From contig CAVPLM010000005.1 of the NCBI GenBank assembly GCA_963706025.1, forward strand, positions 832,001-896,000: a DNA stretch of 64,000 nucleotides, in the 5' to 3' direction. Of the stretch, positions 52,429 to 61,973 are shown piece after piece. Source of the DNA: an uncultured Actinomycetes bacterium. Lineage in GTDB: Bacteria > Actinomycetota > Thermoleophilia > RBG-16-64-13. Positions within the stretch are counted from its first letter, which is position 1. Each line of letters opens with the position of its first letter. Under the pieces are notes generated by a model, which was not told where the DNA came from, ran no database searches, and saw only the letters and a list, made by a program, of their open reading frames with translations. The position numbers were made by a program, and so were the translations under genes.

Positions 52429-52744
52429 ATGCACCACTCCTCTCGTCCTCAGAACCTTCGGATCGTCCGACCCCATTATGTGAGAATCACTCCCATTTTG
52501 GAAGCGCACACACTGCAACAATTCCGCGTTACCGGCGCAAACCCTCTAGCGCAAACGCTTCGCCTGACCCATAATGAGGCTATGCCGGAGGCGACCAGCG
52601 ACAAAACGACTTGGTGGAAAGGGGGCGACGGCTCAGAGGCGTGACCGGCGGGTGCATGCTAGGCACCCGGATGCCGGATGCCGCGGGTGGTTGCGACGAA
52701 GGCGACAGGACAGGCTGTAAAGACAGAGACTCAAGGAGACGTTT

Positions 52745-53104
52745 ATGGATTTATGGGACGTGATGTGGTCGATGTTCGTGTTCTTCTTCTGGTTCATGTA
52801 CATCTGGATCTTCATCACCATATTCGCGGACATCTTCCGCAGGAACGACATACACGGCTGGTCCAAGGCCGGCTGGCTCATCCTCCTCATCTTCATCCCG
52901 CTCATCGGGGCCTTGATCTACATGATCCGGCGGCCGAAGATGACCGAGCAGGACAAGCGCATGATGGAAGAGGCACAGCAGCGGCAGCATCGTGCGGCCG
53001 GGTACTCCGCGGCCGAGGAGATCGCCAAGGCTCAGGCGCTGAAAGACTCGGGCGCTATCACAGAGGAAGAGTTCCAGACGCTCAAACAGAAAGCTATGGT
53101 GTAG
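52745..53104 (+). CDS. PLDc_N + SHOCT domain membrane protein (copy 1)
   Basis: DIFRRNDIHGWSKAGW...PLIGALIY; SHOCT AEEIAKAQALKDSGAITEEEFQTLK; AAGGAG RBS. Confidence 0.85.
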   Translation: MDLWDVMWSMFVFFFWFMYIWIFITIFADIFRRNDIHGWSKAGWLILLIFIPLIGALIYMIRRPKMTEQDKRMMEEAQQRQHRAAGYSAAEEIAKAQALKDSGAITEEEFQTLKQKAMV

Positions 53105-53134
53105 GACCGCGCAAGAGGATCAAGGGGGGTCTAT

Positions 53135-53431
53135 ATGTGTTGCCTTCTTACTGTCATGACGTTCCTCGGCCCACGAGCCGCCGTGCTCATATGGTGGCTG
53201 GTCGATTGGTCCTTCTGGCAGAAAGCGTACGAAACCGCCTTCTGGCCGATCATCGGCATCATATTCGCGCCCTGGACGACGCTCTTCTATATGATCGCCT
53301 TCAGGAGCGGCCTGGGCATCGCCGGGGGATGGGACTATCTGTTGATCGTCATAGGCGTGCTGCTGGATCTGTTCAATTACTTCGGCGGTGGGTGGAAGAA
53401 CCGCAAGCGTGTTCCCGGATACGCGAAGTAG
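53135..53431 (+). CDS. Small membrane protein (N-terminal MCC, PR..., PWTTL motifs)
   Basis: MCCLLTVMTFLGPRAAVLIWWL...IFAPWTTLFY; AAGGGGG RBS. Confidence 0.7.
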   Translation: MCCLLTVMTFLGPRAAVLIWWLVDWSFWQKAYETAFWPIIGIIFAPWTTLFYMIAFRSGLGIAGGWDYLLIVIGVLLDLFNYFGGGWKNRKRVPGYAK

Positions 53432-53450
53432 ACCAACCGAACAGCAGTAG

Positions 53451-54314
53451 ATGAGACTATTGGAGGCAGGCCGGCCGGAAGGCCGGCCTGCCTATCTTTC
53501 TTCAACGGAGCCGAGGCGACCGACCCTCTCCTATCTCGGGCACAACACGGTGCTCCTGGAGATGGACGGAGTCCGCCTGCTGACCGATCCGATCCTGCGG
53601 ATGCGGGTCCCGTTGCTTCGCCGCCACGGCCCTTTCCCCGATCTCGCCGTCACCAAGGACCTTGACGCGGTGATGATCTCTCACCTTCATCTCGACCACG
53701 CGAATCCCGCCTCCCTGCAGCTGCTTCCTCGCGATACACCTCTGCTGGTACCAAGGGGAGCCCGCGCGATACTGCGTCGGTATCGTTTCACCAACCTGCA
53801 CGAGTTGGCCCCGGGAGAGTCTCTGCACTTCGGCACCGTAACCGTCACGGCCACCCCCGCCCGGCATGAAGGGCGGCGTTATCCCTGGGGCCATTTCGCC
53901 GAGGCCGTGGGCTACACGATCCAGGGTCCACTCAAGGTCTACTTCGCGGGCGACACCGGCCTCTTCGACGGCCTGGCCGACCTTGCCGGCGATCTGGACG
54001 TGGCCCTGCTTCCGATCTGGGGGTGGGGGCTCAGACTGCCCGACGACCATCTCTCGCCGGAGACCGCCGCAAAGGCCCTGCAGCTTCTGCGGCCCAAACT
54101 GGCCATCCCCATACATTGGGGCACCTTCCTCCCGCTTGGGGCCGGACCGTTCTACGCGCACTATCTGGTAGACCCTCCTCAGGCCTTCGTCCGCTACGCC
54201 CAAGAGCATGCGCCAGACGTTCCTACCGCCGTGGTGCGGCCGGGCGAGTCGATCACGCTGCCGGATTGGGACCACGAGCCAGTGGACGACGGACGGAAGG
54301 AGGCCCGCGCATGA
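53451..54314 (+). CDS. MBL-fold metallo-hydrolase (UlaG/RomA/NAPE-PLD-like)
   Basis: LGHNTVL, LTDP, SHLHLDH, YFAGDT, LLPIWG, IPIHWGTF. Confidence 0.88.
   Translation: MRLLEAGRPEGRPAYLSSTEPRRPTLSYLGHNTVLLEMDGVRLLTDPILRMRVPLLRRHGPFPDLAVTKDLDAVMISHLHLDHANPASLQLLPRDTPLLVPRGARAILRRYRFTNLHELAPGESLHFGTVTVTATPARHEGRRYPWGHFAEAVGYTIQGPLKVYFAGDTGLFDGLADLAGDLDVALLPIWGWGLRLPDDHLSPETAAKALQLLRPKLAIPIHWGTFLPLGAGPFYAHYLVDPPQAFVRYAQEHAPDVPTAVVRPGESITLPDWDHEPVDDGRKEARA
53464..53493 (+). terminator. Terminator-like hairpin inside the first codons of the MBL ORF
   Basis: AGGCAGGCCGGCC-ggaa-GGCCGGCCTGCCT followed by ATCTTTCTT. Confidence 0.55.
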
Positions 54315-55415
54315 GCGCCGGCGAAGCGCCGACTCCGGCGGGCCCGAGCAGCCAGAAGAAGGGAGGGCTCGAGGGCATTCCTGTAGTCGGGCCGGTGTGG
54401 TCCTGGTACCGGGGATACAGCCGGCGCAACGGCGCGCTGCTCAGTGCCGGCATCGCCTACTACGGGCTCTTCTCATTGGCCCCCCTCATGCTCCTCACTC
54501 TCCAGATAACCGGCCTCTTCATCGGCGAATCCACCGCCCAGGAGGAACTGAGCGAGACTCTGGAAGCATACTTGGGGCCTTACCTGGCGGACACGTTCAG
54601 CAGCGTCCTGTTCCAGCTTCAGGGCCGGGGCTCGAGTACAACGCTTGCCGTGGTCGGGGTCATTCTGCTCATCTACGGCGCGACCAAGCTCTTCCTGAGA
54701 CTGCAGGCCTCTTTCAATATCATGTGGGACATACAGGTCCGGCCGACGCGGTTTTCGTTTCGTCGAGTGCTGTCCCGGCTCTTCGCCTTCGCACTCATCC
54801 TCGCCCCGACGGTCATCCTAGTCGTTTCTTTGGTCTTGAATGCCGAGCATCTCGTGGCTCGAGGGCATCACCGACACCTCAGGACCGTTGCTCGGCCTGG
54901 CCGAAACGATCATCCCCTTCCTATTGGCCTGGGGAGCCCTGATCATCATCTTCGCCATCCTTCCCGACATCCGCATGTCCTGGCGGGATTGCTGGCTCGG
55001 CGCCCTGTTCACCGCCGTGCTGTGCGCCCTGGGCACGTGGCTTTTCGGTACGTACTTGTCGTGGTCGAGCAGCCAGAAATACGCCGGTTCGGTAGGGGCA
55101 CTCATAGCCCTCATCGTCTGGGTGGATTTCATGGCGATATTCACGCTTCTCGGAGTTAGGCTGAATAGGTTGCTCTACGAGCGCAGGGGAAAGACGATAC
55201 AGCCCTATCCGTACGCAGCCCTGATCCGGTACGTCGCCGCGGGGCAAACCGGCGAGGCCCTGCAGCCTGAGGCCCACGAGAAGCCCCCGGTCGAAGAGGC
55301 GACCCCGGCTCACGAGACGCGTCCTCCCGATGAGGCGGCTCCAGCCAGTGAAGTGGCTACTGCCGGTGAAGTGGCTCCCACCGACGAACGGGTCGAGCCT
55401 CCGAAGGAGCACTGA
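54311..55415 (+). CDS. YihY/BrkB-family membrane protein; extra base near 54845
   Basis: ATGA overlap with the MBL stop; SAGIAYYGLFSLAPL, LQASFNIMW, ILPD..SWR...GA, YAGSVGALI. Confidence 0.85.
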
Positions 55416-55448
55416 ACCCTGACCAAGCCGCCGGCCGTCCGCGATACG

Positions 55449-55487
55449 GCCGAGGCCGGTGGGGCGAATCGCCCCACCGGCCTCGGC
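55449..55487. terminator. Perfect hairpin between convergent genes
   Basis: GCCGAGGCCGGTGGGGCG-aat-CGCCCCACCGGCCTCGGC. Confidence 0.75.
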
Positions 55488-55534
55488 TCATCTCAGCTTT
55501 CGCCGTTCGTTACGCCCTCGCCGGGCCTCCTCCG

Positions 55535-57097
55535 CTAGAGCGGGTTCACCACCGGGTAAGGTCCCTTGGAAATGATCAGGTAGACGCTCGAACCCGGCGC
55601 GACCGAACTCTCCGGCGGCGGCAGTTGGGCGAACAGTTCACCCTGCGGCGCCAGCGATGTGAAGATCTCGATGCTGACCGCTTTCAGGCCCACTTCTTCC
55701 AGCGTCGCCGTGGCTTCTTCCAGCGACATGCCGCGCACGTCGGGGACGATGACGAACTCAGCCGGCCGGGGTCCTATGGAGACCACGATCCCCACGGTTA
55801 TGCCGGGCTCGGTAATGCTTCCGGCCGGGGGCGACTGCAGACCGACCACCCCTAGAGGCACGATCTCGCTGTACACCTCGACTATGGCGACCTGGTAACC
55901 GACCTGTTGCAGAGCCTTGACAGCATCGGCCTCGGCCAGCCCGACCACGTTCGGCATCGTCACCGTCTCAGCCGGCTTCGGTCCTTGGGAGACGGTGATG
56001 GCCACCGCGCTCCCCCGCTGGGCCGTCTCACCGCCGGCCGGATCCTGGCTCACGATCAGGCCAACCGCGACGGTGTCGCTGTAGGTGGAACTGGGAACCG
56101 CCTCAAAGCCTGCATCCTCGAGCGTCTTGGCGGCGTCCGCTTCGCTCTTCCCGACCACGTCGGGGACCTTGGCTTCCGGATTCTTACCCTGGGAGACGAT
56201 GAGGTCCACTCTCGTCCCCGGCTCGGCGACAACGCCGCCTTCGGGTGACTGGCTGACGACGACACCTTCCGCCGCCTCTTCGTCGTAGGATCCCTTGGAC
56301 TGCACTTCGTATCCGGCAGCATTCAGAGTCTGAGTAGCCTCGTCCTGAGTCATGCCGATGACATTGGGAACGAGGGTCTCCTCCACACCGGCCGACACCA
56401 CCACGGTCACCTCGGAGCCCGGGGCAACCATCTCACCGGCGGCAGGCGACTGATCGACGACCGTCCCTGGTTCAGCTTCGTTCTCAACAGCGACCGACTT
56501 CACCGCGAAGCCGGCCGTCCCGAGCATCTCGGTCGCCTCATCCAGCGTGAGACCCAGGACGTCGGGCACCTCCACCTCGGCCTGGCCGGCCACCACCACG
56601 TCCACGGCGGTACCCTGTTCCACCTGCTCGCCGGCGTCCGGCTTCTGACTGACTATCTGGCCCTCTTCGAGCCCCGCCGGGACTTCCGAGGTGTAGTCGA
56701 CCCTGCCGAGTTCGAGCTCAACCTCTCCCAGTGCACGTACCCCTTCGGAGATCGTCAGCCCTTTTAGATCGGGAACGTCGGCGGTATTGCTCCGATACAC
56801 GCCTATGAGGACACCGCCAACTACGATCAGAGCGAGAAACACCCCCAGAAGGATCCACAACCACAGGAGGGACCTCTTCTTCTTAGGAGGTGGCGCCGAC
56901 TCAGAGGTCCAGGTCGGCTCGTGGTGACCAGGCGCCCCCGGACCTTGTGGCGGAGGCACAGGCGGTGGGGCAACAGGTGGCGGGGTCGGGGGCGGCGTCG
57001 GAGGCGGCGTCGAAGTTGGCGTTGAAGGTGGCGGGGCCGCCGGTGGAGGCGAGGCCTGACCACCTGCCTGCTGGTCGATTCCTTCAGACTCGTTCAT
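55535..57097 (-). CDS. Six-PASTA-domain membrane protein with Pro-rich N-terminal tail and no kinase domain
   Basis: Pro-rich tail, KKKR + TM, six (V/M)P(D/N)(L/V)xG...A...L repeats, most with VxxQxP. Confidence 0.88.
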   Translation of the reverse strand: MNESEGIDQQAGGQASPPPAAPPPSTPTSTPPPTPPPTPPPVAPPPVPPPQGPGAPGHHEPTWTSESAPPPKKKRSLLWLWILLGVFLALIVVGGVLIGVYRSNTADVPDLKGLTISEGVRALGEVELELGRVDYTSEVPAGLEEGQIVSQKPDAGEQVEQGTAVDVVVAGQAEVEVPDVLGLTLDEATEMLGTAGFAVKSVAVENEAEPGTVVDQSPAAGEMVAPGSEVTVVVSAGVEETLVPNVIGMTQDEATQTLNAAGYEVQSKGSYDEEAAEGVVVSQSPEGGVVAEPGTRVDLIVSQGKNPEAKVPDVVGKSEADAAKTLEDAGFEAVPSSTYSDTVAVGLIVSQDPAGGETAQRGSAVAITVSQGPKPAETVTMPNVVGLAEADAVKALQQVGYQVAIVEVYSEIVPLGVVGLQSPPAGSITEPGITVGIVVSIGPRPAEFVIVPDVRGMSLEEATATLEEVGLKAVSIEIFTSLAPQGELFAQLPPPESSVAPGSSVYLIISKGPYPVVNPL

Positions 57098-57187
57098 GCG
57101 CTACTCCCTCCCATGCCGTCGCTATGCGAATCCTAAGAGCCCACTCGAACGGACCGTATGAGTAGACCAGACCTTCTGACTGGGCTC

Positions 57188-57214
57188 ATACCCACTACGG
57201 CCTGGTCGCACTCC
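57188..57214 (-). promoter_or_regulatory. SigF/SigB-like promoter candidate for the PASTA gene
   Basis: GGAGT-N16-GGGTAT on the minus strand. Confidence 0.4.
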
Positions 57215-57357
57215 TGCGCGTTCAGCGGTCGCATCGATCGGGCCGGGGTCAAGCATCCAGTCTAGCTTCTTTACGGGGATGCCATCCCCTCTCCCGAATC
57301 CTTGGGTCTGCAATATAAACGGTTCAAGCATTCAGATGACGCGCTTGTCCCGACTAG

Positions 57358-57384
57358 GGTTTCTCCAGTATCGCTATCGGGTAA
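57358..57384 (+). promoter_or_regulatory. SigF/SigB-type promoter candidate for the DUF1269 gene
   Basis: GGTTT-N16-GGGTAA about 105 bp upstream of ATG 57489. Confidence 0.55.
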
Positions 57385-57488
57385 ACCGTCTCCGGCGTCG
57401 CAAACCAGGGAAACCTCCCCACCGGGGAGCAGAAGCAACCACCCGGCCGGGGGTCAGACGGAGTCATTAGGACGGAAAAGGAGCGGTT

Positions 57489-57995
57489 ATGGCAGAGAAC
57501 GAGTTCGGGATCGTCTACGCGGCGGCTTACGGGTCTCTCGAGGACGCGAAAGAGGACTACGAAGGCATCAAGGAACTGCACAAGGAGAAATGGATCGGCA
57601 AGTACGAGTCTGCCCTTTTCACTAAGAACGAGGACGGATCCGTCAAGATCCATGATACGGACGCCACCTCTCGCGGCCGCGGACTGAAGATAGGCGCAGC
57701 CATCGGGGCGGCCGTCGGCCTCATCTTCCCAGTCACGATCCTCGCGGGCGCCCTGATCGGCGGAGGCGCCGGTCTGTTTGGCGGCCACCTCTCGAAGGGT
57801 CTCAAGCGCGGCGACATCAAGGAGCTGGGCGACCTGCTCGACGAAGGCCAGGCCGGCATCGTGCTGGTGGCGATCGTCACACCCGACGAGGGCATCGACC
57901 GCTTCCTCAAGCGGGCTGCCAAGGTCATGAAGAAGCAGGTGGACGCCGACGCCGAAGAGCTGAAGAAGGCGATCGACGAGGCAGTGAAGGACTGA
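57489..57995 (+). CDS. DUF1269-family glycine-zipper membrane protein
   Basis: AKEDYE.IKELH, K.EDGSVKI, GAAIGAAVGLIFP...GALIGGGAG, DIKELGDLLDEGQAGIV. Confidence 0.8.
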   Translation: MAENEFGIVYAAAYGSLEDAKEDYEGIKELHKEKWIGKYESALFTKNEDGSVKIHDTDATSRGRGLKIGAAIGAAVGLIFPVTILAGALIGGGAGLFGGHLSKGLKRGDIKELGDLLDEGQAGIVLVAIVTPDEGIDRFLKRAAKVMKKQVDADAEELKKAIDEAVKD

Positions 57996-58007
57996 GTCTG
58001 GTAGTGT

Positions 58008-58041
58008 GGGCGCACCGGCCCGCCGCGGGCCGGTGCGCCCC
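58008..58041. terminator. Hairpin after the DUF1269 gene
   Basis: GGGCGCACCGGCCCG...CGGGCCGGTGCGCCC. Confidence 0.6.
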
Positions 58042-58112
58042 ATCTCGTCCTGGTCACCGGCGGCCGGTTGAGCCGCGGCTGTCCGATCTGCTGAGGGGGA
58101 GACCGGGCAGAG

Positions 58113-58898
58113 ATGACAAGCCAGCCTCTTGATGCCTTGCCCATGTGGGCGATCTACCCCGTGACCGTAGCGGTCCTGCTGCTGGCAACTTGGGGAGGCT
58201 ACCGGTATGTCAAGGCAAAGCACCGGACGAAGGCCCCGGAATCCGATGCCGGGCTTGGCGCCATCTCCGGTGCTACTCTCGGAATGCTGGCCTTTCTGCT
58301 GGCTTTCGTGGTCGGTTTCGGGTTCGAGGTCTACGGGCAGCGCCGTGCCCTAGTGTTGGACGAGGCCAATGCGATCCGCACCACCTACCTGCGGGCCGGT
58401 TACCTCGAGGACCCCTATCGAGTCGACTCGAGAGCGCTGTTGACCGAGTACTTGGATGGGCGCATGACGCTCATCGATCACCCGGAGCAGCTGGATCAGC
58501 TGAAGGCGCGCGCGGAAGAGATACAAGGAGAGTTATGGGCGGCCGCCGAGAAGGTCGTAGCCGAGGTGGACAAATCGGACACCACCAGCGCCTACCTCGA
58601 TTCGCTCAGCCAGGTGATCACCGTGCATGTCGAAAGGGTGGTCAAGGGCCTACAGGTACGCATCCCACCTCTCATCCTATTGGGCATGTATGTGATCAGC
58701 CTGGTCACCATGTTCTTGGTGGGGATGCAAAGCGGCTATGCTCCGAACCGCAGCGTGATGGGTCTGGTGATGCTGGTCCTTGTTTTCGCGGTAGTCCTCT
58801 ACCTGGTCGTCGATCTGGACCGCGCCCAAGAAGGCCTGCTGAAGGTCTCGCAACAGCCGCTGATCGACCTTCACGGCCAGCTTCCCAGCCTGCCGTAG
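58113..58898 (+). CDS. DUF4239/bestrophin-like membrane protein
   Basis: LGMLAFLLAF, RRALVLDEANAIRTTYLRA, DLDRAQEGLLKVSQQPL. Confidence 0.75.
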   Translation: MTSQPLDALPMWAIYPVTVAVLLLATWGGYRYVKAKHRTKAPESDAGLGAISGATLGMLAFLLAFVVGFGFEVYGQRRALVLDEANAIRTTYLRAGYLEDPYRVDSRALLTEYLDGRMTLIDHPEQLDQLKARAEEIQGELWAAAEKVVAEVDKSDTTSAYLDSLSQVITVHVERVVKGLQVRIPPLILLGMYVISLVTMFLVGMQSGYAPNRSVMGLVMLVLVFAVVLYLVVDLDRAQEGLLKVSQQPLIDLHGQLPSLP

Positions 58899-59026
58899 AC
58901 TTGGCCGGCCGAGCGTACCGGGCGCCGAGGCACACCCGGCCGGAAGCTTGCCGTCATCGGAGCGACCTGCGAATATGATTCGCGATTCGCCGGTAGCTTC
59001 TAGGCGACCTCGAGGAGGAGTGTTTC

Positions 59027-61186
59027 ATGGATGATGACGGCCGCACGACCCCGGTCGACCAGTCAAGTACTCGCCGGGGCTCCGTCAACAACGCCCTATG
59101 GAAGCGTGCGGTTTTCGGCATCTGCCGCTTCATCGGTATCATCCTGATCCAGGCCGTGGCTCTATGGCTAGCCTCACAGGTCTTGCCGGGGGTCACGCTC
59201 GAAGGCGCGGGGGCTGCCATCGCCGTGTCCGTCGCCATGCTCGTCGCCACGATCGTGGTGTGGGCCCTCTTCATGCGCTTCCTCTTCAGACTCACCGTGT
59301 GGACCGGCGGATTGATCACCGTGGTGGTGAATGGCTTGATCGTGCAGGTGGCCGCTTCCATCAGCCCAAACCTGGACGTGGACAACTTCGGCTGGGCCGT
59401 CCTATTCGGCCTCGTCGAGACCGTGATCCTGACGATCCTCTTGGGGATCATCTCCTACGAAGACTCGCTGACCTGGAAGAGGCTCATCTTCCGTCGGCAG
59501 CGCCGGCAGGTGGACCCCGGTATTATCGACAAGCCCGGCGTGATCTTCCTCGAGATCGACGGTCTCTCCCACGACGCCTTCGTCCGAGCGATGGCTGCGG
59601 GAAAGACCAAGACCATGCGCAGGTGGCTCCAGTCCGGCTCCCATGTGCTCGTGCCTTGGGAAACCGATCTCTCTTCCCAGACCAGCGCCTCCCAGGCCGG
59701 CCTCCTCCACGGCAACAACGGCGAGATCCCGGCTTTCCGATGGTTCGACAAAGAGCTGGGCAAGGTCATCGTGTCGAGCAACCTCAAGGCCCTCGGGCCA
59801 CTGGAGGAGCAGCACTCCAATGGCAACGGCCTGCTTGCCCACGGAGGGGCTGCGCGGGCCAGCATGTTGTCGGGCGACGCGGACGAGGTCATGCTGGTGG
59901 CCAGCAGGGTGCGCGAGGAGAAGGGCGAGAGCTATCGCGCCTTCTTCGCATCTCCCCTCAGCTTCACCAGGGTGACGATGCTCCTCTTCTGGGAGATGCT
60001 GCTCGAGAGCGGAGCCAAACGATGGCAGGAGTTCCGTCACGTGGAGCCTCGTATCGACCGTCACTTCAAGTACGCGGTCGTTCGAGCCATCATGACGGTG
60101 GCCCTGCGCGATCTCAGCCTGAACGGCGTCATGGGCGACATGCTGCTCGGGCGTCCCTACTGCTATGCGACTCTCGCCGGCTACGACGAGGTGGCCCACC
60201 ACTCAGGCCTCGATCGTCATGACACCCTCGCGGTGCTCCGCAAGATCGACTCTCGTTTCCACAAGCTCGAGAACGTGGCGGCGATCGCGCCGCGGGACTA
60301 CCGGTTCGTGGTCCTTTCCGATCACGGTCAGACCCAGGGAGCTACGTTCCTGCAACGTTACGGTATCGACCTGGAAGAGCTGGTCCAGGCTTCAGTCTCC
60401 GAGGGCACCACGGTGGGCGGTCCCAGCACCTACGCAGAGAACGGCGCGGGCGCGGGAGTAGGCCCCGGACAGAGCGACTGGGAGCACACGGCCACCGTTG
60501 ATGGGGCGATGGGGGAATCGGGGTTGGACAAGAAGCGCACGGGCAGGCTGTTCCGCAAGCGACTTCGGGCGGGAGAGGCGGTTCCGACCATCGTGACCGA
60601 CGCGGTCGTGATGGCCTCAGGCAACCTGGGGTTGGTCTCCTTCACGGGGCCCAAGCATCGCCTGACTCTAGAGGAGATCGAGCGCGACCATCCCGATCTT
60701 CTCACGAAGTTGACCGCCCACCCCGGCGTCGGATTCGTCATGGTGGCTACGTCGGGCAACGGTGGCGGCACAAGCACCGGCCAGGAGGCCGCCGAGAGTG
60801 AGGGCGCCGCCGAGAGCGAGGGCGCCGCCGCGCCTGGGACGACCGACGCCGTGGCCATCGGCAAGAACGGCCGTCACTACCTGGGCGACGACCGCGTCGT
60901 AGGCGAAGACCCGCTTCTCCCCTATGGAGCCAACGCCGCCCGCCACCTGCGCCGGACCACCTCGTTCGGCAACTGTCCCGATATCCTGGTCATGAGCACC
61001 TATTGGGCCGAGACCGACGAGAACGCCGCTTTCGAAGAATTGGTAGGCAACCACGGAGGGTTAGGCGGCGAGCAGACCCATCCCTTCGTCCTCTATCCCG
61101 CCGAATGGCAGCTGGACACGGATGAGCTGATCGGGGCGGAGACCGTCTTTCGCAACCTCAAGCGCTGGACGGAGATCACCGCCTGA
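59027..61186 (+). CDS. Fusion: 4-TM phage-holin-like (YvlD/DUF360) domain + alkaline-phosphatase-superfamily phosphodiesterase
   Basis: N-terminal LT..TGGL...VVNG...; EIDGL, SSQTSASQAGLLHG, YDEVAHH, LSDHG, GNHGGLGG. Confidence 0.82.
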   Translation: MDDDGRTTPVDQSSTRRGSVNNALWKRAVFGICRFIGIILIQAVALWLASQVLPGVTLEGAGAAIAVSVAMLVATIVVWALFMRFLFRLTVWTGGLITVVVNGLIVQVAASISPNLDVDNFGWAVLFGLVETVILTILLGIISYEDSLTWKRLIFRRQRRQVDPGIIDKPGVIFLEIDGLSHDAFVRAMAAGKTKTMRRWLQSGSHVLVPWETDLSSQTSASQAGLLHGNNGEIPAFRWFDKELGKVIVSSNLKALGPLEEQHSNGNGLLAHGGAARASMLSGDADEVMLVASRVREEKGESYRAFFASPLSFTRVTMLLFWEMLLESGAKRWQEFRHVEPRIDRHFKYAVVRAIMTVALRDLSLNGVMGDMLLGRPYCYATLAGYDEVAHHSGLDRHDTLAVLRKIDSRFHKLENVAAIAPRDYRFVVLSDHGQTQGATFLQRYGIDLEELVQASVSEGTTVGGPSTYAENGAGAGVGPGQSDWEHTATVDGAMGESGLDKKRTGRLFRKRLRAGEAVPTIVTDAVVMASGNLGLVSFTGPKHRLTLEEIERDHPDLLTKLTAHPGVGFVMVATSGNGGGTSTGQEAAESEGAAESEGAAAPGTTDAVAIGKNGRHYLGDDRVVGEDPLLPYGANAARHLRRTTSFGNCPDILVMSTYWAETDENAAFEELVGNHGGLGGEQTHPFVLYPAEWQLDTDELIGAETVFRNLKRWTEITA

Positions 61187-61280
61187 GTTCGACCACCCGG
61201 CGAGTTCGACAGCAAAGCGAGCCCGCCGGCTATTGACCCGCCTCGCCGGGGTCACCATCATCGGGGCGAACGGGAACTCT

Positions 61281-61736
61281 CTATTCTCCCGCGGCGCGGA
61301 ACTCGAGAAGGGTGTCGGCGGATTTGTCCTTGATGGTGAGCGTATCTCCGTCGACCTTGTACGCCCCAGCGGCCTCCAGATTTGCCAGATAGGCGGCTTC
61401 CTGTTCCATCACCGCCGGCTCGCCGGCCATCTGCGTAGTCACGAGCGGACCGATGGAGAGTTTGCTCCCATCCGTCTCGTACGAGCCGTTGTACTGGTTG
61501 ATCCCGCCGTTCCCGCTCACCCTCCCCTCGGCGAAGGTCGCGTCCACCATCGGAGTCGGCAGCGCATCCTGCATGGAGCCATCGACGGCATAGGCGGTCA
61601 GGACCCACTTCGTGCTCTCCAGCTCCTTCGCCGCATTGCGGCCGCTACATGAAGGCAGAGCTATCAGTAGCGCGGCGCAAAGCACGAGAGCCGCGAGAAG
61701 CGCTGGTTTGACAAGTGGCTTCAATGGAACTCTCAT
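61281..61736 (-). CDS. META-domain lipoprotein
   Basis: Lipobox-like LPSC; W.L.., SGNGGINQY, TTQMAG...MEQEAAYL; GAGGAGG RBS. Confidence 0.82.
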   Translation of the reverse strand: MRVPLKPLVKPALLAALVLCAALLIALPSCSGRNAAKELESTKWVLTAYAVDGSMQDALPTPMVDATFAEGRVSGNGGINQYNGSYETDGSKLSIGPLVTTQMAGEPAVMEQEAAYLANLEAAGAYKVDGDTLTIKDKSADTLLEFRAAGE

Positions 61737-61973
61737 TTGACCCTCCTCAGAGATGTTGTCCGTCTCGCCCGACCACAGTAGAGCATACGAACGCCCCGTC
61801 GCGCTACCGATGTGCCGCCCCGCTCGTGCTCTGGCCGGGCCAGCGCGCGCCGTCTCGATGTTTGGCATGTCGCCCGCAGGGGCACACTAGGGTCGGCGGC
61901 AAGGCGGCCATGGGTCGTATTCTCCGTGGAGTCCGGCAGATCGCCGGAAAAACAATCAGCGCAAGGAGTTGCT

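Noticed and set aside
57399-57470. GCAAACCAGGGAAACCT resembles the start of a c-di-GMP-I riboswitch
   Set aside because: The expected GG-GACGCAAAGC and the rest of the consensus do not follow; would need an Infernal hit
59027-59460. Holin-like domain as evidence of a prophage
   Set aside because: Fused to a hydrolase; no endolysin, integrase or structural genes in the window
60785-60830. 18-bp in-frame tandem repeats (AAESEG), and similar ones in the YihY tail at 55345-55380 and putA linkers
   Set aside because: Ordinary low-complexity linker expansions
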